A stretch of DNA of 35,493 nucleotides from Octopus bimaculoides (GCF_001194135.2 NC_068982.1:41452218-41487710), one strand, 5' to 3'. Counted from the stretch's first letter, positions 10,743 to 23,048 are shown. The notes: generated by a model not told the origin, from the letters alone. Numbers and translations: made by a program.

Positions 10743-12570
10743 GTAAGTTTTCCAGAATTATTTTTCAATGATTCCCCTAAAATTTCTTTCATTTACTCTG
10801 TTGCATGGAATCTTAGTTTATGGCATGTATTGAAACTGATATAATCTCATATACTCGTGTCTTGCCATTTAACACATACATGATATTTTTCTATATTTAT
10901 ACATGTTTATTATATTTAATCAAGGTTAGTCCTGCTTATGGATACTTTAGTAAATCATTTAGTAAAAATGTGACTTGTAATAAATATTACATGCATTTTT
11001 CAAATGGAAAATATTAAATCAAAATTAATATGTATGTAGAATAGGTTTTTCTGATATTTTCTCCACAAAAGTGATATTATTACATCACTATTTGTTACCA
11101 TTTAATGTTTGTTTTCTATGCTGGCATGGGTCAGACAGTTTAGGTGTTTGGTGAGCCAGAGGACTGCATAGAAACCATGCTTTGGCATGGTTTCTATGGC
11201 TGGATGCCATTTCCAAAGCCAACCACTTTACAGAGAATATTGGGCACTTGTGATGTCATCAAGTAACTTGCAAAACTAGACCCTGAGTTTGAAAAAATTT
11301 CCCTTCATTTTATATTTATCGCCTTTTTGTTCCTAACCTTTCAAGGTTTGGCTGTGGACTTTAGAAGTGAATTTATTTGACATTTCAAAGCTGTGGGATT
11401 TATTAATAGTATACTGAGTGAATATTTTCTAGTGAGTTTACAGTCAAAACCCATTTGAAAACTTATGTATTGAAATTAATTCAAGAAATATGATAAGAAC
11501 ATAATAAAGATGGAGACATTTTATTGAAGCCTGAAGACTTGTTTTCATTTTCATTCTGTTTAATTTCATTTATCTTTACTTTTAAATTAAGAACCAGCAA
11601 CTTCTTTTTGTAATTGCTCACTTTTGACTTGTTCACATTTGCCCGTGGCCCACACTTATAGAAATATCCCTGCATATATCAGTACCATTTCTTCAGTGGC
11701 AATGCTTATATAAGCAAAAATTAAATCACGACTCAAAATGTTATCTAAATACTTGAAGTTAAAAAAAATTTTGGAAAAAGTTTGAGGCTCACAAAACTCA
11801 ATGACCTATTTGTTTTGCTGCAGCTCAGCTCATTTGTTGCCAAGCCCTTCTGAATAAATATGGATGTGTTTGTTAGCATTTATAATTGACACACACTGAG
11901 TAGTTCCACAGTCTTTATGTCTTAAGGTTAGCTGCCTCAATCTTTTATGTATTCATTTATCAGAATTTATCATGCACTGTTTTAATCAAATTTTTAGATA
12001 TATTTTTCCTTCAAGTTTGTAACACATAAAATTTTTCCTAATTTCTGTTAGACTTTATTTCCATTGCTGTGCAATAAATTTATAGTTTATAATTTCTTTT
12101 TTAAGTGAGTTATCGTATTTGGTATGTTAGAAAGTAAAAAACCAAAAAACAAAAATAAATCCAAACTTGCCTTCTATACATTTATTGTATTGTCTCCCTT
12201 GAACTAGTTTCATGCGTCACGTCAGTCCTATGAGGCTAGTTTAAGTTGATGGACTGAATGACTTTAATATACAGTATAGAATTTTCTTTCCTTGAGTAAC
12301 CATTACTTAAACACTGACATTGCATTACATCTTGAGGCATAGTACATAACTGAAAATAGGTGCTGTTTCAGTTTCATGATTATGATAGATACAGCAGTAA
12401 AATTTGCTCCAGCATTTCAGTGATGTATTTAAATTTATAAAACAGTTAATTTTATTATAAAATATAAAAGCATATCAAAATGCTGAAAAATAAATTAATA
12501 AGATAGAATCGTTGTTAGTGTTTTTTTTTTAAATAATTTTTTAATTTTGAATTCATTTTTATTTTGTTAG

Positions 12571-12638
12571 AATGTTATTGGGAGAGAATGTCACTCCAGC
12601 TGTTTAATCAAACTGTTTTCAATGCCAAAAAATAACAA
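12571..12638 (+). CDS. ANAPC4: APC4 internal exon, 68 nt, phase 0 to 2
   Basis: ttttgttag|AAT GTT ATT GGG...AAC AA|gtaagt; NVIGRECHSSCLIKLFSMPKNN(K) vs human DVIGKSMNQAICIPLY. Confidence 0.87.
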
Positions 12639-13784
12639 GTAAGTTTTACAAATGCTATTGTCTTTCTGTCTAAATGTTTTGGTTATGCAGAATTGCAAAT
12701 GTAGTGGCCACTGGTTTTGGTACTTGATTCTCTTCCTCCTTCCCAACTCATAGACTTGGTTTCCTGGTGTATTCCCCACCTGGAAGAGATGCTGGTACAT
12801 TGTAGGAATACTCGTTTGTGCCAGCTGAGTGGACTGGAGCAACATAGAATTAAGCGTTTTGCTCAAGAACACAATGAATTTCCTAGTCCAGGAATCAGAA
12901 CTGCAATCATGAGTCCAACACCCTGTCCACTAGGGCACATCTGAGCACAAGTCAAAGCTTTAAACACCACGTTGTATTCTGAGGCAAAGTTCATTCCATT
13001 ATTTGCTTCATTCAACCTATACATATTAATGAAAAGTGATAAAAATAACTGATCCAGACATTCTCAGTATTAAAAAAAAAAATGAAGCATGATCTTCAAA
13101 TGTTGGAACTCATGGAGGTGATGACAAGTGACCGAAATCTTTGATGATATGCAGTGCTTCAAGCCAAGTGAAATCATAGCTGTTGTCAGTGTCATGTAAA
13201 TGGCACCCATGAAATCATAGTTGTGGCTGTGGCTGGTGTCATGTAAATGGCACCCATGCTGGTGGCATGTAAAAAGCACCCATTACACCCTTAGAGTGGT
13301 TGGTATTAGGAAGGGCATTGTTTTCTCTATTGGGTATATGACACTGTGTAACATGATTTTTCTTCTGGATAGCAACTGTTATTTCCTGTTTGCTTACTCC
13401 TAGAAGGTATGAAAAATAGCTAATATTTCCTTCAAACTTTGCTTTTGTTGTGATATTTATTCAAACTCTAAAGAATCCCTCTTAACACATGGCTATGATG
13501 CTCCCCCCACTACTCTTGTTCATGATCAGAGATGCACATATTGTCAGCCATTAAGGGACATGAGCATGTGCTTAAGGTCAAGCAATCGACAAGCAAATCT
13601 GTGGTATTGAGCAGAGTAATTTCTATAATGATATTTCTGCTTCAGCAACTCAGCACTGAATCTGTCTGAAATGTAATGGAAAATGGGTCAGTTCCAAATC
13701 ATTGATGTCCAGGTCATAAAAGCAAAGTTTTTCCTTTGATTTCTAGATAGAAGCAAATAAGATATGACACATACTAACCAAAGA

Positions 13785-13823
<39 letters not shown>

Positions 13824-13846
13824 GTTACACGTAATGTTTTACTTAA

Positions 13847-14641
13847 TCCTTTAACACTTAAACCAGCCATATCTGGCCCAAATATTCTACCCATTTTATG
13901 TTCAAATTAGCCAGATCCAGCATCTCATACCTACCTACAATATCATTCTAAAAGTAAACAATCACTTCATTGAAATCTAAGGTGGCAAATAGGGGAAAAG
14001 CTTTCCGATATGAAGGTTAGCTGTGAATATAAAAATAAACAGTCCCAAACCAAGCATACTCAGAGGAGTAAACCTCAGTGATAAAAAATCCCAATCTTGA
14101 ATTGCGGGAGGCTTGTTTGCAGTGGATGTAAGTTTCAACAAACTGATTCATTGGATCTACACAATTTATGCCTCACTGAAGGAGACCCTGTCCCTACTAA
14201 TGAGGAAATGCAATCTACAGGATGAGTATGTGACCTCTGTCAGTATTAAGCTATTGAAAGGGCAAAAAAAAATTTGGCCTGGATTGTAACCTGGTCATTA
14301 TAATATTTTTTGCTATAGGCACAAGGCCTGGAATTTTGGAGAGGGGAGTAAGTTGATTATATCGATCCCAGTACTCAACTGGTACTTATTTTATCAACCC
14401 CAAAAGGATGAAAGGCAAAGTCAACTTCGGCAAAATTTGAACTTGGAATGTGAAAACAGACAAAATGCTGTTAAGCATTTTGCCTGGAATGCTAATGATT
14501 CTGCCAACTTGCTGCCTTATAACTTGGCTATAATAATAATAATAAAAAAAATCTCAAAGCTGTGAGATAATGTATGATTAATTCAAAACAATGAGAATGA
14601 ATAAACATTACATTTGACACAGTAATCTGAATACTAAAGGG
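13847..14641. mobile_element. piggyBac-type MITE family P1, split by a ~570-bp nested insert
   Basis: Left part 13847-13978 resembles 24228-24360 (aaaccagccatatctggcccaaatattct); resumes near 14549 and ends tactaaaggg(tta). Confidence 0.75.
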
Positions 14642-14692
14642 TTATATGAAAAATTACTTTTTTTTTTTTTTTTTTTTTTTTGCATTTAACAG

Positions 14693-14728
14693 GAAAGATG
14701 ATAAAGAATATGTTTGTCGATTTTCTCA
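14693..14728 (+). CDS. ANAPC4: APC4 small internal exon, 36 nt, phase 2 to 2
   Basis: poly-T tract then tttaacag|G AAA GAT...TCT CA|gtaagt; KDDKEYVCRFS(Q); open, phase-compatible, in the position of the poorly conserved human linker RSEDSTRRLFKF. Confidence 0.75.
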
Positions 14729-15444
14729 GTAAGTATTCTTTTAAATTTTCTTATTTTGCCTTTAAGTTTACTTGCATTTTAAAAAGAAAATTTATGTCAT
14801 TATGAGTCAATTTGGGTTTTTATAGAAGCAGAAAAGCATATTAGAAAATGATAAAAAAAAGTTGAAGGTCAAGAAAGTAAATGCCAAAGGAAATAGTAAA
14901 ATAAATTATATGAGAACAGGAGAATGATTAGTGATGAGATGTAAAAATTTGATGGGAAGTTTAAATGGTGAGAAAGCAAGCAAATAAAGTGGGTTTAGTC
15001 TATGTAGCTGTGTGGTTAAGATGCTTGCTTTGTAACTATGTGGTTTTGGGTTCAGTCCCACTCTGCTGCATCTTGGGCAATTGTCTTCTACTATAGTCTC
15101 AGGCTGCTTAATGTCTTATGAGCGAATTTTGTTGACAGAACCTATGGAAGCCCACATATAAATGTGTATGTGAGTGTGTATGTCTTTATGTTTATTTACC
15201 ATCTCTTCACAAAAAAACTGGTTGAGAACCAGTGTAAGTTTGTTTACATCCCTATAACTTAGTGGTTTGGCAAAAAGACACTGATAGATTTAAAACATGA
15301 ATAAAATAAGTACCAAGGTTGATCCATCCATTTGACTAAGCAATACCCTTCAAAGTGGTGCTCCAGCATGTTTACTCTCCATTGACTGAAGCAAGTAAAA
15401 GAAGATATTCAAAACAAGTTCTGTGAAAACTAAAAAAAATGATA

Positions 15445-15820
15445 ATAAAAAGAATGGCATCAGAGGGGCAGTGCATACCCTGCATGCACACAAGGAGAAA
15501 ATAAAATTTAATTTTATAAATATATTCTCAGACGAATTCATATTTCAACAAAATGCCAAAATGAGTTATGTCCCCTGCTTATCGTTTACGCCTATGTAAC
15601 AAAGAAAAAGAAACCTTTCAATTCACCTGTCTGCCAGTTTTGAAGATAATCAAGCCAAAATTTAATGAGTTCGAGCCACTCACCCAATGAATATTTCTGC
15701 CAAATTTGGTGAAAATCCGTTTTGCTGTTTTCCAGTAATTTTGCAAACACACAGACAAACAGACAAAAACAAGCGACTACAATAACCCTGTTTCACTTAC
15801 ACACGTAGGATTAACTATAA
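15445..15820. mobile_element. Probable non-autonomous Helitron/Helentron-like element
   Basis: Contains caaatttggtgaaaatccg followed by acacacagacaaacagacaaa, a motif layout recalled from invertebrate non-autonomous helitron-like repeats; single copy here. Confidence 0.35.
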
Positions 15821-15969
15821 TGGCCAAATTACTTATTGGGCTATTGAATTTTGTTGTCATTGTCCAAAGCTAATCAAAGACATTGATAGCTGTGACTATC
15901 TGTTATCTTTTATTTGTCTCAGTCTTTAGGCTGTGGCCATGTTGGGGCGCTACTTCAAAGAGTTTAGTT

Positions 15970-16306
15970 CAGTGCTTTTCAACCATTTTTTACACAGGGA
16001 CCCCTTTGATTTCTATTTTACTCTACTGGACCTCCATAGCCATTCAAAGTATATAAGAACGATCCTACTGTATTTTTATTATTAATTATTATTAGGAATT
16101 GTACAAAAACAAAAAAATTTTAATATTTTGTGTATTATAGAAGTATAAAGTCTGGCTAGTTCCATGTCAAACCATCCAATCCATACCAGCATGTAAAACG
16201 GACGTTAAATAATGACGATGATAAGCAATTTATTTCACTTAAATTTTAACAACAAAATCTTATATGGAGTCCCAAGAGCCATATGGACCGTAGTTGAGAA
16301 CCATTG
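15970..16306. mobile_element. hAT MITE of the same family with an internal RTE-tail fragment
   Basis: cagtgcttttcaacc...gttgagaaccattg; shares aaaatcttatatgga with the 28259 and 1114 copies; RTE fragment at about 16148-16225. Confidence 0.7.
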
Positions 16307-16601
16307 GATAGTGTCATTCATGATTGTGCAGTAATGTTTGCAAGAGCATACTGAATCTTAATGCAGTAAAAAAAAGAGTATTGCATTTAGAAGAGGTTTG
16401 TTTTTTATATCCTTTAGTCAGAAAGAAAGATAGTTGTAATAGCAAAATTTAAGCGATTTATCTTTCCACTAATGAATGTAATTGTCTTCCTTGAAATTGT
16501 GTGAAATCTTCAAACCTCTTTTTGTTCTGCCTTGTATTTTAAAATTAGTTGTTAATGTAATGATTTTGCTAAAAATGTTTATTGTGCATTTCTCTTCCAA
16601 G

Positions 16602-16703
16602 GTTTTCAATGAATAATGGAACACAGATGTACACAGTGTTTACTGCAGGTCCTTTGCCTTATGAAACCCTTTATATCATTCGAACACTGGACACAAATGA
16701 ACA
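16602..16703 (+). CDS. ANAPC4: APC4 internal exon, 102 nt, phase 2 to 2
   Basis: tctcttccaag|G TTT...GAA CA|gtaagt; FSMNNGTQMYTVFTAGPLPYETLYIIRTLDTNE vs human FLWNNKTSNLHYLLFTILEDSLYKMCILRRHTD. Confidence 0.85.
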
Positions 16704-17133
16704 GTAAGTACAAAATATCTTCTGTTCTTTCCCTACTTTTACAAGATTAGTTTATTCTATTTTTTTTTATTGTGGTAGGTGTAGGCATGTCTCTGTGGTA
16801 AGAAGTTTGCTTTCCAACCACATTGTTCTGGGTTCAGTTGCATTGCGTGGCAACTTGGACAAGTGTCTCCTTTTGTAGCCCAGGGCCAACCAAAGCCTTG
16901 TGAAGTGATCTGATAGACAAAAGCTGAAGAATCCCAGTGTCACTCATTTCCAACATTCTGCAAACCATGTCCCATGTTATGGGAAAATATCACCTTGCTT
17001 GGAAACAAGTGAGGTTTGACAACAGGAAAGGCATCCAGATGTAAAAATCTACCTCAATAAACTGTTCAGCCCATGCAGGTATGGAAAAATGGGTGTTAAA
17101 ATGATGATGATGAGTGAGCAATTTCTCATTTAA

Positions 17134-17355
17134 CCCTTTTGTAACCATATTTCTGTTGAGATGCTCTGTGTGTCTTGCAATTAATTTTAAATATAACAAA
17201 GTATTTACTGAAATAACTTAGTTATCATTAAGCTAGTGTTAAGAACATAAATTGTGACTAAGGTTTGGTGGAAGATTTTAATTCAGAACTTTTGAAAACA
17301 AGGCACTTGTACTGCAGAGCCAGAGACGGTTTCAGGCAGGTTGGTATCAAAAGAG
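17134..17355. mobile_element. piggyBac-type MITE, family P2
   Basis: TTAA CCCTTTTGTAACC...GGTATCAAAAGAG TCAA (degenerate right end); homologous to the copies at 25614-26241 (inverted) and 23510-24486. Confidence 0.7.
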
Positions 17356-17586
17356 TCAAAATGGAAGAATAGAAGAATGTATAAATATCTGTGTAGAATT
17401 GTTGAATTGTAAAATTATAGCTGTTGGCTTTGGTGTGTGGTTAAGAAGCTTACTTCTCAACTATGTGATCATAGTTCAGTTCCACTTCACAACATCTTGG
17501 GCAAGTACCTTCTATTACAGCCCTGGGCTAACCAAAGCCTTGTGAATAGACTTGGTGGAAGGCAACTGAAAGAAACCTGCTTCATG

Positions 17587-17690
<104 letters not shown>

Positions 17691-17940
17691 AGGGGCATTG
17701 CTGAAATGTTCCTGGCTTTAAGGGTATCGTGAAAGGCCAGGTTGGAGGCCCAACCTTCTGAGTTCTTTTACACGGCTTAGAAAAACTGAAGGACCGCTGC
17801 AATAAGTGTGTGAATCTGAGAGGGGGATATGTTGAATAAAATCATAATTAATTGATCCTCCTGTATTTTCTTTTGCCCAATGCCAGGAACTTTTTGGCAC
17901 CCTCTTGTATATGTGTGTGTATATATATATATGTATATAC

Positions 17941-18240
17941 TAGGTGCATTCCAGAAAGTTTTGAAGCTTTTTCAGGAGAGACATTTATTAATTTCAAAGG
18001 ACGTTCAAAAATCTAATCTCCCTCAAGGTAGGCTCCTCTGACTTCAGTGCCCTTGTCAGAGAACTCCAGCCACCTCATGAAGGCCTCACAGAAGTCCCTC
18101 CAAATGGTGCCCAGGACCCTTGTTACAACCTCCTCAATGTTCTTAATGTCTTCAAAACAACTGCCCCTGAGGTTTTCCTTCAGTTTGGGGAAGAATTAAA
18201 AGTCACAGAGAGGGTGAGGGACAGTTTTAATGCCCATCTT
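17941..18240 (-). mobile_element. 3' remnant of a second, different mariner family
   Basis: Minus-strand translation KMGIKTVPHP-(PYSPDLAP deleted)-LCDF*FFPKLKENLRGSCFEDIKNIEEVVTRVL...RGAYLEGD* (stop 18013-18015); TIR-like end near 17941 beside a TA tract; may extend to about 18370. Confidence 0.85.
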
Positions 18241-18469
18241 TGTCAAGAAACTGAATTGAAATTAAAGATAGAAAGATCGGCCCTTTTTTTTTTTTTTAAC
18301 AAAGTTGTCCTCGTTTGAGGATTAAATGCTGGAGTTTGCACGTTACTGGACCAGCTCCTGCAATTCAAGCATCAAGTAGTGACTAAAATGAATTGAAATT
18401 TATATTTCGTGTATATTGTTTTTTTTTTTTTCATATAGGTTGTTTTTGTTTCTTTCCTTTTTGAAATAG

Positions 18470-18583
18470 GCCAAAAGAATCTTTTGAGATTGCTGCAGTT
18501 TGTGTAGGATCCATTGGAACAACAGAGGAACAGGACGAGGGAGATGATGGAATTATTAAAGACAGCAGTCTCAACACACAAAC
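18470..18583 (+). CDS. ANAPC4: APC4 internal exon (last one recognised), 114 nt, phase 2 to 2
   Basis: tttttgaaatag|G CCA...CAA AC|gtgagt; PKESFEIAAVCVGSIGTTEEQDEGDDGIIKDSSLNTQ(T), weakly like human VSNGLIAIKFGSF; open in the required phase. Confidence 0.78.
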
Positions 18584-19499
18584 GTGAGTTTCTAACTTGT
18601 TTCTTTTTAATGCTTTTTCTGTTGTTACTTTTATGATTGTCTGACTAACATAACAGGTTGCACTCTGACTGTGTAGAAGAATGGTTAGCAGAGAGAGAGA
18701 GAGATAGTCCACCAATGCTAGCATGTCAAATAGTAATAAAAGTGATATATTAAAGTAGGACAATAGACAACTGTTGCTATCGTGTCCATCAAAAATATGT
18801 AACCCAGACAATTATAAATATGTCTCTGTTGTTGTTGTAGTGAATCTGGTTGAAAGGTTATACAGTTGGAGTTTGATAATCTCAGGCTGACCAAAACCTT
18901 GTGAGTGGATTTGGCAGATGGAAACTGAAAGAAGCCCATTATTGTGTGTGTGTGTGTGTGTCTCTGTGTCGGTGTTCCCCCATTGCTTGACAACTAGTGT
19001 TGGTGTGTTTACATCCCCATAACTTAGCAGTTCAGCAAAAGAGACTGATGGAATAAGTACTAGGCTTACAAAGAATAAGTTCCGGGGTCAATTTTTTTGA
19101 CTAAAACCCTTCAAGGCGGTGCTCCAGCATGGCTGCAGTCATGTGACTGAAACAAATAAAAGATGAATAATATGTATGTGTGTGTGTGTATTTATGTGTC
19201 GTTGCCCTGACATTTGTGTGCTTATTGTAAAACAAAGTTACTGTGTATGCAAAAGAAAAAAAAAAGAAAAACAATGTCATTTGTCTGTGATATTCCATGA
19301 AAACATGTCCAGTCATTGATCTGTTTGTGTTTGAAGGACAAAGGACAAGGTGGGAAATATTACCTTGCGAGGAAACTGGTGATGCTTGACCACAGGAAGG
19401 GCATCCAGCTGTAGAAAATCATCCTCAATGAGTTTGAGCTGATTCATATTAAATGTTACTGATAATTATATCTACATATACTGTACTAGACATATTAAG

Positions 19500-19890
19500 C
19501 ACTGGCATGGCTGTGTGGTAAGAGGCTTGTTTTCTAACCACACGGTTCTGGGTTCAGTCTCACTGCATGGAACTGTGAGCAAGTGTCTTCTATTATAGCT
19601 CCGGGTCAACCAAAGCCTTGTGAGTGGGTTTGGTAGATGGAAACTGAAAGAAGCCTGTCGTATATGTGTGTATGTGTCTTTGTGTTTGTTTCTCGTCACC
19701 ACTTGACAACTGGTGTTGGTGTGTTTACTTTCCCATAACTTAGCAATTTGGTAAAGGAGACCAATAGAATAAATACCAAACTTAAAAAAGTAAAATAAGA
19801 AGTTGGGTCAATTTATTCAACTAAAAATTCAAGGTAGTGCCCCAGCATGGCCACAGTCTAATGACTGAAACAAGTAAAAGCTAAAAGATA
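19500..19890 (+). mobile_element. tRNA-head SINE family A, near full length
   Basis: Same consensus. Other + copies or fragments at about 10385-10535, 15000-15400, 16777-16940, 17425-17590, 18880-19165, 20890-21060, 21740-21945, 26895-27020, 27960-28190, 28612-29025, 30545-30715, 31405-31590. Confidence 0.85.
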
Positions 19891-21080
19891 ATACCAATAA
19901 AACCATTAATTATACTATGAACAGTCCCATTATTAGCTTGGTAAATACCACCATCACTACTAACAACATTAGCTCTGTATCTCCAGAATCACTAATACTG
20001 CCCAACAACATCAGAAACAATTACATCAATTTTAAAACATCGTCGTCGTCGTCGTCGTTCATCAATAATGAATTCTCATGTAAATGATTTCTATAACTCA
20101 TTGTTTGCTGAAACAAAAAGGAATTTTTGTTGCTCTGCAAACAATGATAGATAAGCTGAAATATCAGGGTTTAAAAACCACATAAAATGCACTCATACTG
20201 GTGTCACATAAATGCATCTGTGCCAGTGACATGTAAAAAGCACCCAGTACACTCTGTAAAGTGGTTGGTATTAGGAAGGGCATCCAGTTGTAGAAATTGT
20301 GCCAAAACAGACAATTTGAGCCTGGACAGCTCTCTGGGTGGCCAGCTCTTGTCAAACCATCCAATCCATGCTAGCAAGGAAAATGGACATTAGACGACAA
20401 CAGTGAGGAGGTGAAGAAACCAGGATCTGTTATAAATCCTCCTTAATATTTAAATATATTTTTCCTTGAACCTTTGTGTCCCTTGACAGGCATCACTTTG
20501 TTCTTTTTCCTGGTATGAAGTAGATGGGAAAAAAATCTCTGCCCAGGATAGGACATCATTGTACTTCTGAGAACATTCCCAGATAATGTGGTGCCTATCC
20601 ATAACACCTTGGTGAACTGATGTGTTATTAAATAAAAGCTATTATCAAGAATGCAACGAAAGTATCAGCAGTTTGTTAAGTACATTATCAGTTTTTCAAA
20701 CTAAATCTGTTGCATTCTCATTTCAAACAAAGACTTTGGAAAAATTCAAGTATCAATTGTATTTTATTGACACCATTTCTAGAAACTGTTATGGCTGTCT
20801 ACTGGAAGGCAGGTGACATTGTGGTCTTGTGAATTACCTGCTCTTATATCCTTTTAAATATTTAATGTAAATAAAGTGTTATTATTCATGGGTGTTGGCA
20901 TGGCTTTGTGGTAAGAAGCTTGCTTCCCAACCACATGGTTCCAGGTTCAGTCCCCACTGTGTGGCACCTTGGGCAAATGTCTTCTGCCATAGCCTCAGGC
21001 TGACCAAAGTTTTGTGAGTAGATTTGATAGACAGAAACTGAAAGAAGCTTGCTGTTTGGATATATATAATATATATGTAT

Positions 21081-21740
21081 GTGAAAAAGTGTCAAACCCT
21101 AGCAGTAGAGGCAACCTGTGGAAGAGGTAGACCCAGGAAGACCTGAGAAGAGGTGGTGAAGCATGACCATCAAACGTTACGCCTCACCGAGGCAATGACA
21201 AGTGACCGAGACCTTTGGAGATATGCTGTGCTTGAGAAGACCTGGCAAGCCAAGTGAGACCGTAACTGTGGCGTATGCCAGTGTAGCATAACTGGCCCAT
21301 TTAAGTGTACCCTTCAATCATTGGGCAATGAACTGTGCTTGAGAAGACCTGTTGAGTCAAGTGAAGTCATTGCTGTGGCTGATGCCAGTACTGCCTGACT
21401 GGCTCCAGTGCCAGTGGTATGTAAAAAGCACCATTTGAGTGCGGTCGATACCAGTGCTGCCTGACTGGTCTCATGCTGGTGGCATGTAAAAAGCACCATT
21501 TGAGCGTGGTTGTTGCCAGTGCCACCTGACCAGTTCTCATGCCAGTGGCACGTAAAAAGCACCCACTACACTCTTGGAGTGGTTTGGCATTAGGAAGGGC
21601 ATCCAACTGTAGAAACTTTGCCAGATCAGATTGGAGCCTGGTACAGCCTTCTGGTTTGCCAGTCCTCAGTCAAATCGTCCAACCCATGCCAGTATGGAAA
21701 GTGGACGTTAAGTGACGACAATTATGATGATGATGATGTG
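21081..21740 (+). mobile_element. 5'-truncated RTE-clade LINE: ORF2 C-terminus, 3' UTR and (GAT)n tail
   Basis: Translation VKKCQTLAVEATCGRGRPRKT*EEVVKHD...LTEAMTSDRDLWRYAVLEK is a typical RTE C-terminus; followed by a repetitive 3' UTR and gatgatgat tail. Confidence 0.88.
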
Positions 21741-22663
21741 TCTTTATGTCTGTTTGTCCCCCACCATTGCTTGACAACTGATGTTGGTGTGTTTACTTAG
21801 CGGTTCGGCAAAAGAGACTGATAGTATAAGTACTAGGCTTACAAAGAATAAGTTTTGGAGTTGATTTCTTCGACTAAAACCCTTTAAGGCAGTGCCCCAG
21901 CATGGCCACAGTCAATTGACTGAAATATGTACAAGAATAAAAGGAATTTTCTCTTTTATTGTAGTCTATTGACTCTGCAGTGAGTGAGCTGGCTGAATTA
22001 TTAGTGTGTTGGTCAAAGTACTTAGCAGAACTACTTCTGGCACTTAATGTTCTGGTTCAAATTCCATTGAGGTCAACTTTGTTTTCATCCTTTTAAGGTT
22101 GATAAATAAGTACCAGTTGAACACTGGGTTTAATGTAATCAACTAACCTCTCCTCTCAAAATTGCTGACCTTGTGTGAAAATCAGAAAGATTTACTGTCT
22201 AGTGACTCTGCAAACAGCTATCTCTGTCACCTCATAATAAGATAAGAGTAGCTGTTATTGAGGAGTGGCTTTTTGTTAAATCTGTGATTATCGCTTACTA
22301 TAAGTGTGTAATCTGAAGAAAGACGAGCACAGACAAGTAAGGAAAACCAGAGAAAAGTATCTTTGAAGGTGATCAGATATCCTAAGAAGTGTAATGGATA
22401 CATCAATTGAAACAAATGAAACTTGGGCGGTATCAAATAATGACCTATCATATTTAGTACAAAATGTGTGTTGACTTCATTGAATTGTTATAGATAGGTT
22501 TGACTATCCTAAGTACTTGTAATTTTTAATGCTTTGCAGTTTTTTTTAAATTCAAGTTTTCATTTTTGTATATATATTTATTTTTTCACAATTTTCAAAT
22601 TTGTTAAATGTTCTAAAATTTTGGATCGTTAGTTGCACAAATAGTCCATCACTATGTAATGTA

Positions 22664-23048
22664 TTAGTATATTGGCACTCCGTCGCTTACGACGATGAGG
22701 GTTCCAGTTGATCCGATCAACGGAACAGCCTGCTCGTGAAATTAACGTGCAAGTGGCTGAGCACTCCACAGACACGTGTACCCTTAATGTAGTTCTCTGG
22801 GATATTCAGCGTGACACAGTGTGACAAGGCTGACCCTTTGAATTACAGGCACAACAGAAACAAGAAGAGTGAGAGAAAGTTGTGGTGAAAGAGTACAGCA
22901 GGGTTCGCCACCATCCCCTGCTGGAGCCTCGTGGAGCTTTTAGGTGTTTTCGCTCAATAAACACTCACAATGCCCAGTCTGGGAATCGAAACCGCGATCC
23001 TATGACCATGAGTCCGCTGCCCTAACCATTGGGCCATTGCGCCTCCAC
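22664..23048 (-). mobile_element. Young full-length tRNA-derived SINE (family D)
   Basis: Minus head gtggaggcgcaatggcccaatggttagggcagcggactc...ggtttcgattccc with A/B-box-like motifs; perfect direct repeat cactatgtaatgta at 22650-22663 and 23046-23059; CpG-rich. Confidence 0.88.

Noticed and set aside
14195-14240. ctaatgaggaaa resembling a hammerhead ribozyme core
   Set aside because: Lacks the CUGAUGA consensus and has no stem II between the core halves.
18657-18760. Acceptor 73 nt after the last APC4 exon giving LHSDCVEEWLAERER...*
   Set aside because: Runs through a GA microsatellite and has no APC4 similarity; no evidence it is a real terminal exon.
21300-21570. Repeat-spacer-like pattern suggestive of a CRISPR array (also 35000-35493)
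   Set aside because: The units are imperfect tandem repeats within the RTE 3' UTR, without unique spacers or cas genes, in a eukaryotic intron.
22975-23048. tRNA-like sequence with A/B boxes
   Set aside because: It is the head of a SINE bounded by a TSD, not a stand-alone tRNA gene; the same applies to the SINE-A heads.
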